From an uncultured Ilumatobacter sp. (GTDB lineage Bacteria > Actinomycetota > Acidimicrobiia > Acidimicrobiales > Ilumatobacteraceae): a DNA stretch of 64,000 nt. The notes under the pieces were generated by a model, which was not told where the DNA came from, made no database searches, and saw nothing but the letters and a program-made list of their open reading frames with translations. This document shows positions 58,702 through 64,000 of this stretch, one piece after another; position 1 is the stretch's first letter, and every line of letters begins with the position of its first letter. Both the position numbers and the translations under genes were made by a program. The stretch lies in assembly GCF_938091165.1 (NCBI RefSeq), contig NZ_CALKNK010000043.1; one strand, given 5' to 3'.

Positions 58702-61067
58702 AGCACCGCCCCACTCCAACCGGGCTACCCCAGCATCGGTTTCCCGTCGATCGCTGGCGGCTTGTCGAGACCAAATACGACGACACTGACCTCGGGGTCA
58801 CCGAGTCGTTGTTCGCGTTGGGTAACGGCTATCTCGGTATGCGCTCTAACCCTGAGGAAGGTCGTGACGCGCACAGCCACGGCACGTTCCTGAACGGCTT
58901 CCACGAAACCTGGGAAATCAAGCACGCAGAGGAGGCATACGGGTTTGCCACGACGGGCCAAACCATAGTCAACGTCCCCGACGGCAAGTTGATGAAGCTG
59001 TACGTGGATGACGAACCATTACTGCTCGGGACCGCAGATCTCGCAGAGTACGAGCGGTCAATTGACTTTCGCGAGGGCGTCCTGCGACGCGATCTGCTGT
59101 GGCGTACGCCGTCCGGCAACCGGGTAAAGGTGTCGTCGACTCGCCTCGTCAGCCTCGTCCATCGCCATCTTGCGATGGTGACAATCGAAATCACGCCACT
59201 TGACGCGCCCATCCCTATTGTCGTGTCATCGCAGCTCCTCAATCGCCAGGACGGTCAAGACGAGTACCACGTCCGCTCCGCAGCACTAGGTGAGGGCAAA
59301 GATCCCCGAAAAGCAAGCAAATTCAATGAGCGTGTACTTGAGCCACAGCTACAGCAACGCGAAGAGGGCAGTGTTGTCCTCGGCTTCCGGTGCCGCAACA
59401 GCGGCATGACGCTGGCGTGCGGCTATTGGAACCACGTTGACGCTGCATGCGAAACACGAATCGAAACGACACTTGCGAACGACCTTGCGAAATCGGTGAT
59501 CACTGCGCTACCCGACGCAGGAGAAACGGTGACGATCACCAAGTTTTTGTCCTACCACTCCTCTCGCGGTGTTCCGCCAGAGGAACTCGCCGATCGGTGT
59601 TCGCGCACATTACGTCGAGCCGCGGACGAAGGTGGTGCACACCTCGTCGCCGAGCAAAGCCGGTGGCTCGGCGACTATTGGGCAGCGTCCGACATTGAGT
59701 TACAAGGCAACGACGGCGATCAACAGGCACTGCGTTGGAACCTCTTCCAGCTCGCCCAAGCGTCGGCGCGTACGCATGAACAGGGAATCGCTGCAAAGGC
59801 CGTCACTGCGGGAGGCTATGACGGTCATTACTTCTGGGACACCGAGGTATACGTCACCCCGTTTCTTGCGTACAACAACCCTGAAGCGGCCCGCAAAGTG
59901 ATGCGTTTCCGTTGGAAGATGCTCGATGCTGCCCGCCGACGCGCCACGATGCTCAGCGAACGCGGCGCCCTGTACCCCTGGCGGACGATCAATGGTGAAG
60001 AGGCGTCTGCATATTATGCGGCTGGCACGGCGCAGTATCACATTAACGCCGCGATCGTTTTCGCTCTGCGCCGCTATCTCGACGCCACCGGCGACGTCGA
60101 ATTCCTCGCGCACGAGGGAGCTGAAATGTTGATCGAGACCGCGCGTCTTTGGGCCGACCTCGGCTTCTACGCAACCAATAGCTCAGAAAGCTTCCACATT
60201 CACCGAGTGACAGGGCCCGACGAGTACACGACAGTCGTCAACGACAACACGTACACCAATGTGATGGCGCGTTTTAATCTGCGCTACGCGGCTCGAACCG
60301 TGCGCTTCCTTGCCGAGTGGAATCCCGAGCAATTTGCGCGTGTGCAGCGTTCAACGGGACTCGACATCAGTGAGCTTGACGAGTGGGATGCTGCGGCAGA
60401 TGCGATGTACATCCCATTCGATAATGATCTCGAAATTCACCCGCAAGACGCTGAGTTCCTCGAACTCGAACCGTGGGATTGGGACGGAGTTGCCGCCGAC
60501 AAGTATCCGCTTTTACTGAATTATCACCCTCTGGTGATCTACCGGCATCAAGTCTTAAAGCAGGCCGACGTCGTGTTGGCGATGTTCCTCCGTGGCGAAC
60601 ACTTTTCTGAAGAGCAGAGGCGACGAAACTTTGACTACTACGACCCAATCACCACGGGGGACTCCTCGTTGTCGGCATGCGTGCAGTCAATTGTCGCGGC
60701 CGGGGTTGGGTACGAAGATCTTGCTGTCGACTACTTCCGTCAGGCTCTGTATCTCGATCTGTGTGACTTGCATGCAAATACCGCTGACGGTGTCCACATC
60801 GCGTCTGCAGGCGGAGTGTGGGCGGGAATTGTTTACGGGTTCGCCGGGATGGTTGAACGCGGCGACTGTATGGAGTTTGCGCCGCGTCTGCCTGCGGTCT
60901 GGAAATCGGTCACGTTTCATCTGACCCGACATGGGTCGCGCGTGCGTGTCGCACTCGATCATGGCGGGTGCACGCTGACATTGACAGAAGGCCTTGGGGT
61001 GCCGGTCGGCGTAGGAGACCAAATTCATGTCGTCACTGCCGGAGAGCCGCTGCGCATTGACCGCTGA
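58698..61067 (+). CDS. Glycoside hydrolase family 65 phosphorylase (trehalose/maltose/kojibiose type)
   Basis: GNGYLGMR, YDGHYFWDTE, GALYPWRTI, TGPDEY, KQADV, DSSLS. Confidence 0.93.
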   Translation: MKHRPTPTGLPQHRFPVDRWRLVETKYDDTDLGVTESLFALGNGYLGMRSNPEEGRDAHSHGTFLNGFHETWEIKHAEEAYGFATTGQTIVNVPDGKLMKLYVDDEPLLLGTADLAEYERSIDFREGVLRRDLLWRTPSGNRVKVSSTRLVSLVHRHLAMVTIEITPLDAPIPIVVSSQLLNRQDGQDEYHVRSAALGEGKDPRKASKFNERVLEPQLQQREEGSVVLGFRCRNSGMTLACGYWNHVDAACETRIETTLANDLAKSVITALPDAGETVTITKFLSYHSSRGVPPEELADRCSRTLRRAADEGGAHLVAEQSRWLGDYWAASDIELQGNDGDQQALRWNLFQLAQASARTHEQGIAAKAVTAGGYDGHYFWDTEVYVTPFLAYNNPEAARKVMRFRWKMLDAARRRATMLSERGALYPWRTINGEEASAYYAAGTAQYHINAAIVFALRRYLDATGDVEFLAHEGAEMLIETARLWADLGFYATNSSESFHIHRVTGPDEYTTVVNDNTYTNVMARFNLRYAARTVRFLAEWNPEQFARVQRSTGLDISELDEWDAAADAMYIPFDNDLEIHPQDAEFLELEPWDWDGVAADKYPLLLNYHPLVIYRHQVLKQADVVLAMFLRGEHFSEEQRRRNFDYYDPITTGDSSLSACVQSIVAAGVGYEDLAVDYFRQALYLDLCDLHANTADGVHIASAGGVWAGIVYGFAGMVERGDCMEFAPRLPAVWKSVTFHLTRHGSRVRVALDHGGCTLTLTEGLGVPVGVGDQIHVVTAGEPLRIDR

Positions 61068-61082
61068 ACAGCGTGCGTTGGT

Positions 61083-61628
61083 TCAGTTCAGTAGGTTCCC
61101 AACCTCGTACGATCGTTGGGAAAAACCTTTACGCAGTTCGAAGTCGGCCACAGTGAGGAACATCTCGTAGCGATCGCCTGAAGCTGCATCAGAAATCTCA
61201 CAGCGGAGCCGATCGTCGACCAGAACGGTGCTTTCGTCAGGGCATTGGACGTCGGAGGGGGCGATGACCACGCCAATTTCCTCGCCAAGGACATCAGCCG
61301 CCTCAGTTTCAACGGCAGACATCTCGCTTGCAACGATGATGTTCGAAGGAGCAACAAAGATCGAATCGTCAGGGTCGATCACGCCCTCGAATGTCACTGT
61401 TTCACCAGCTTCGGTCATTGCAGTGCACGAAAAAGGCGTTCCAACCTCGCCATCAGCGGGGGCTGTGCAGGCAGCGTCGGCGAAGACGAAACCGACTTGC
61501 TCGCCTATTACTTCCTCAATCAGCACCTCGCCGGCCCGCTCAGGAGGCGTGCCCGACGACAACGAGCAGCTTGCCAGGACAGCAGTGAGTCCGGCGACCA
61601 ACGCGAGGTTCTGTGACTTCATATTCAT
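61083..61628 (-). CDS. Lipoprotein with tandem Cys-paired small domains (DUF4333-like)
   Basis: LASC lipobox; two repeats of C...G..F.C / CP....L.C. Confidence 0.55.
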   Translation of the reverse strand: MNMKSQNLALVAGLTAVLASCSLSSGTPPERAGEVLIEEVIGEQVGFVFADAACTAPADGEVGTPFSCTAMTEAGETVTFEGVIDPDDSIFVAPSNIIVASEMSAVETEAADVLGEEIGVVIAPSDVQCPDESTVLVDDRLRCEISDAASGDRYEMFLTVADFELRKGFSQRSYEVGNLLN

Positions 61629-61743
61629 AAGTTGAACACATTTCTATCGCCTGCGATCACACTGTTGGATCTTGACGCGCCGATTGGAGTGTCGTGCTCC
61701 GCGGATTTCGGTGCCTTCATACCCGCCGGTAACATCGGTTCCC

Positions 61744-62640
61744 ATGACAGATCTTGGTTTCGACGGCAAAGTAGCGATCATCACCGGTGCCGGGGGCGGG
61801 CTCGGTAAACAGCACGCCCTGATGATGGCAGCGCGAGGCGCTCTCATCGTGGTCAACGATCTTGGCGGCTCGGTTGATGGGTCAGGCAGCGACAAAGGCG
61901 CCGCGCAGCTCGTCGTCGACGAGATCACCGCATCGGGCGGCGAAGCAACCGCAAACACCGACTCGGTTGCCACGCCTGAGGGAGGCGACAGCATCGTCAA
62001 GACTGCCGTCGACGCATATGGCAAGGTCGACATTGTCATCAACAACGCCGGCATTTTGCGAGACAAATCGTTTCACAACATGGGGCCGGACCTCGTCGAC
62101 CCCGTCCTCGACGTGCATTTGCGTGGCGCTTTCAACGTCACCGGCCCTGCTTGGAAACTGATGCGCGAGCAGGGCTATGGCCGCATCGTGTCGACCTCGT
62201 CGGCCGCTGGCATCTTCGGCAACTTCGGACAAGCCAACTACGGCGCCGCCAAGATGGGCCTTGTAGGTTTCACCAACGTACTCGCCGTTGAAGGCGCCAA
62301 GTACAACGTCAAGGCCAATGCCATTGCACCGCTCGCCTTCACTCGCATGACCGAGGACCTGCTCGGTCCACTCGGCGAGAAGCTACAGCCGGAATTGGTT
62401 TCGCCACTCGTCACCTACCTGAGCCACGAGTCGTGCGACTCCACTGGACGCGTGTACTCCGTTGGCGGCGGGCGTGTCGCTGAGGTCTTCATTGCCGAAT
62501 GTCAGGGGTACACGAGCAACGAGCTCACACCTGAAAGCCTGCGCGACAACTGGGACACCGTGACTGATCAGGCGGGTTACGAAGTCCCGGCCGCTATTGC
62601 CGAAGAAACAGCGATGTTCCTGAAAGCCCTCAAGGACTGA
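61744..62640 (+). CDS. SDR oxidoreductase (MFE-2 dehydrogenase-like)
   Basis: TGAGGGLG, VVNDLGG, NNAGILRDKSF, GNFGQANYGAAK. Confidence 0.92.
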   Translation: MTDLGFDGKVAIITGAGGGLGKQHALMMAARGALIVVNDLGGSVDGSGSDKGAAQLVVDEITASGGEATANTDSVATPEGGDSIVKTAVDAYGKVDIVINNAGILRDKSFHNMGPDLVDPVLDVHLRGAFNVTGPAWKLMREQGYGRIVSTSSAAGIFGNFGQANYGAAKMGLVGFTNVLAVEGAKYNVKANAIAPLAFTRMTEDLLGPLGEKLQPELVSPLVTYLSHESCDSTGRVYSVGGGRVAEVFIAECQGYTSNELTPESLRDNWDTVTDQAGYEVPAAIAEETAMFLKALKD

Positions 62641-62744
62641 CCTCGGCGCCGAACTACTAAAGGCATGTGGACGCTGCGCTCCTTGTTCGCCTACTGCGAA
62701 TACTGTCGGCGCGTTTACGGGCCCGGTTCTGACATGCTGGAGGC

Positions 62745-63011
62745 GTGAGCGACTCTGACTTCGATGACCAACCTTCTCGCAATGGCCGCAACGGGCCCGG
62801 CCTGTTTCTCATCCTCACCATCGTCGTTGCCGTTATCACGGCGGTGTTCGTCGCACAGAACCGCGATCAGATCGAGATCAAGTTCCTCTTCTTTGATTTC
62901 TCAAGCCGTATCTGGACCGCTATTGCGATGGCCATCGGGCTGGGCATTTTGCTCGACCGGTTGGTCATCGGCTGGTGGCGCCGCGCCCGCAAACGCAAGA
63001 ACGACGACTGA
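62745..63011 (+). CDS. Small two-TM membrane protein (LapA/DUF1049-like)
   Basis: FVAQN...I.FLF motif between two TMs, followed by a basic tail. Confidence 0.7.
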   Translation: MSDSDFDDQPSRNGRNGPGLFLILTIVVAVITAVFVAQNRDQIEIKFLFFDFSSRIWTAIAMAIGLGILLDRLVIGWWRRARKRKNDD

Positions 63012-63100
63012 CATTTGAATAGAAGCGGCCTTTGTCTCGCCATATTGCTAAGAAACGACAGAATTAGCGGAGGCGAGGATCATCCAGCGATGATGTCGTC

Positions 63101-63928
63101 GTGCGGGTCGAATCTTCTGATGGTGTCAACGTTGCAGTCCACGACTTCGGAGGCATCGGTCCGAGATTGTTGTTCAGCCACGCGACCGGATTCCACGCTC
63201 ACTGCTATGAGCCAATCGCAAAGCGACTGAGCAACGAATTCACTTCGTTCGGTCTCGACCACCGAGGACACGGCGCTACGCCACGTCCACCCGACTGGAA
63301 GGTCGACTGGGATTGTTACGGCGACGACGCCACCGTCGCTGCAAAAGCGCTTGCTCTGGAGGAGGGCCTGGTGGCCTTCGGTCACTCCATGGGCGGCGCC
63401 AGCCTCGTGATGGCAGCACTGCGCAATCCGGAGCTGTTTGATGTGATCGTGGCTTTCGAGCCGATAATTTTTCCACAGATTATGGGGCGGCCTGGCGACG
63501 ACCCATCACCAATGGTTGCCGCCGCACGGAATCGGCGAGACACCTTCGACTCGTTCGAGGCTGCAATCAGCAACTACGCCTCGAAACCTCCCATGATGTT
63601 CTTTGAGCCAGAGATCCTGCGCGCATACGTCGAGTACGGATTTGAGCCGATGGACTCGGGCATCACGCTGCGCTGCGCACCAGAACACGAAGCGCGCACC
63701 TTTGAGATGGGAGCGACGCATGACCTTTTCGAGCGACTCCCCGAAATTGAGACACGCGTCGTCGTGGTGTCCGGCAAGGTCGACATCGAACGCAGCCCGG
63801 CAGGTATCGCCAAACGGGTCGCCGAACGGCTGCCCAACGGCACCTACATCGAACTCACAGCCGGCAACCACCTCAGCCCGTTCATCGACCCAGACGAAAC
63901 TGCCGATCTGATTCGTTCCGTCATCTGA
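63101..63928 (+). CDS. Alpha/beta hydrolase
   Basis: HATGF, DHRGHG, GHSMGG nucleophile elbow, C-terminal His (NH). Confidence 0.9.
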   Translation: MRVESSDGVNVAVHDFGGIGPRLLFSHATGFHAHCYEPIAKRLSNEFTSFGLDHRGHGATPRPPDWKVDWDCYGDDATVAAKALALEEGLVAFGHSMGGASLVMAALRNPELFDVIVAFEPIIFPQIMGRPGDDPSPMVAAARNRRDTFDSFEAAISNYASKPPMMFFEPEILRAYVEYGFEPMDSGITLRCAPEHEARTFEMGATHDLFERLPEIETRVVVVSGKVDIERSPAGIAKRVAERLPNGTYIELTAGNHLSPFIDPDETADLIRSVI

Positions 63929-64000
63929 CGTTTCGCTCTTCACCCAGGGCTTGTGGAACTTTCACCAGCAATCCACGGCAGCCTGTTCCCGGACCGCCAG

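Noticed and set aside
63940..64000. Possible 3' end of a minus-strand gene at the window edge
   Set aside because: Only ~19 codons are visible, which is too little to support a call.
1..64000. CRISPR array, rRNA, prophage or defence island
   Set aside because: No regularly spaced direct repeats, rRNA-like tracts, or phage/defence motifs were recognised. The repeats present are coding low-complexity regions.

Overview
This 64 kb window looks like core chromosome from a high-GC actinobacterium; gene content and style suggest Acidimicrobiia (Ilumatobacter-like), which is an inference. It carries the rimP-nusA-ylxR-infB-rbfA-truB-ribF-rpsO-pnp cluster, plus dapB, dapA-rnj-ftsK-rimO-pgsA-cinA, carD, proS, typA, larE, a MoxR-DUF58-VWA trio, several lipid/acyl-CoA catabolic genes, a GH65/beta-PGM pair and tRNA-Arg(UCU). 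The most notable observation is a probable selenoprotein that the ORF track truncates. It is an Rv2466c/DsbA-family gene between infB and rbfA (32490..33149, minus strand) with an in-frame TGA exactly at the catalytic Cys position (DFFWDPV-U-PWAWITSRW). A SECIS-like hairpin follows the TGA and a leaderless promoter precedes the start. Other points: NusA fused to a sunset-like domain, an LPG-synthase TM domain fused to an Rv1126c-like domain, a Gly-rich PGRS-like surface protein, a cupredoxin/beta-helix/DUF1996 lipoprotein cluster, structured leaders at rimP, rpsO and pnp, pervasive leaderless promoters, and two gene remnants. No CRISPR array, rRNA or intact mobile element was seen. All family calls come from motif recognition, not database searches.
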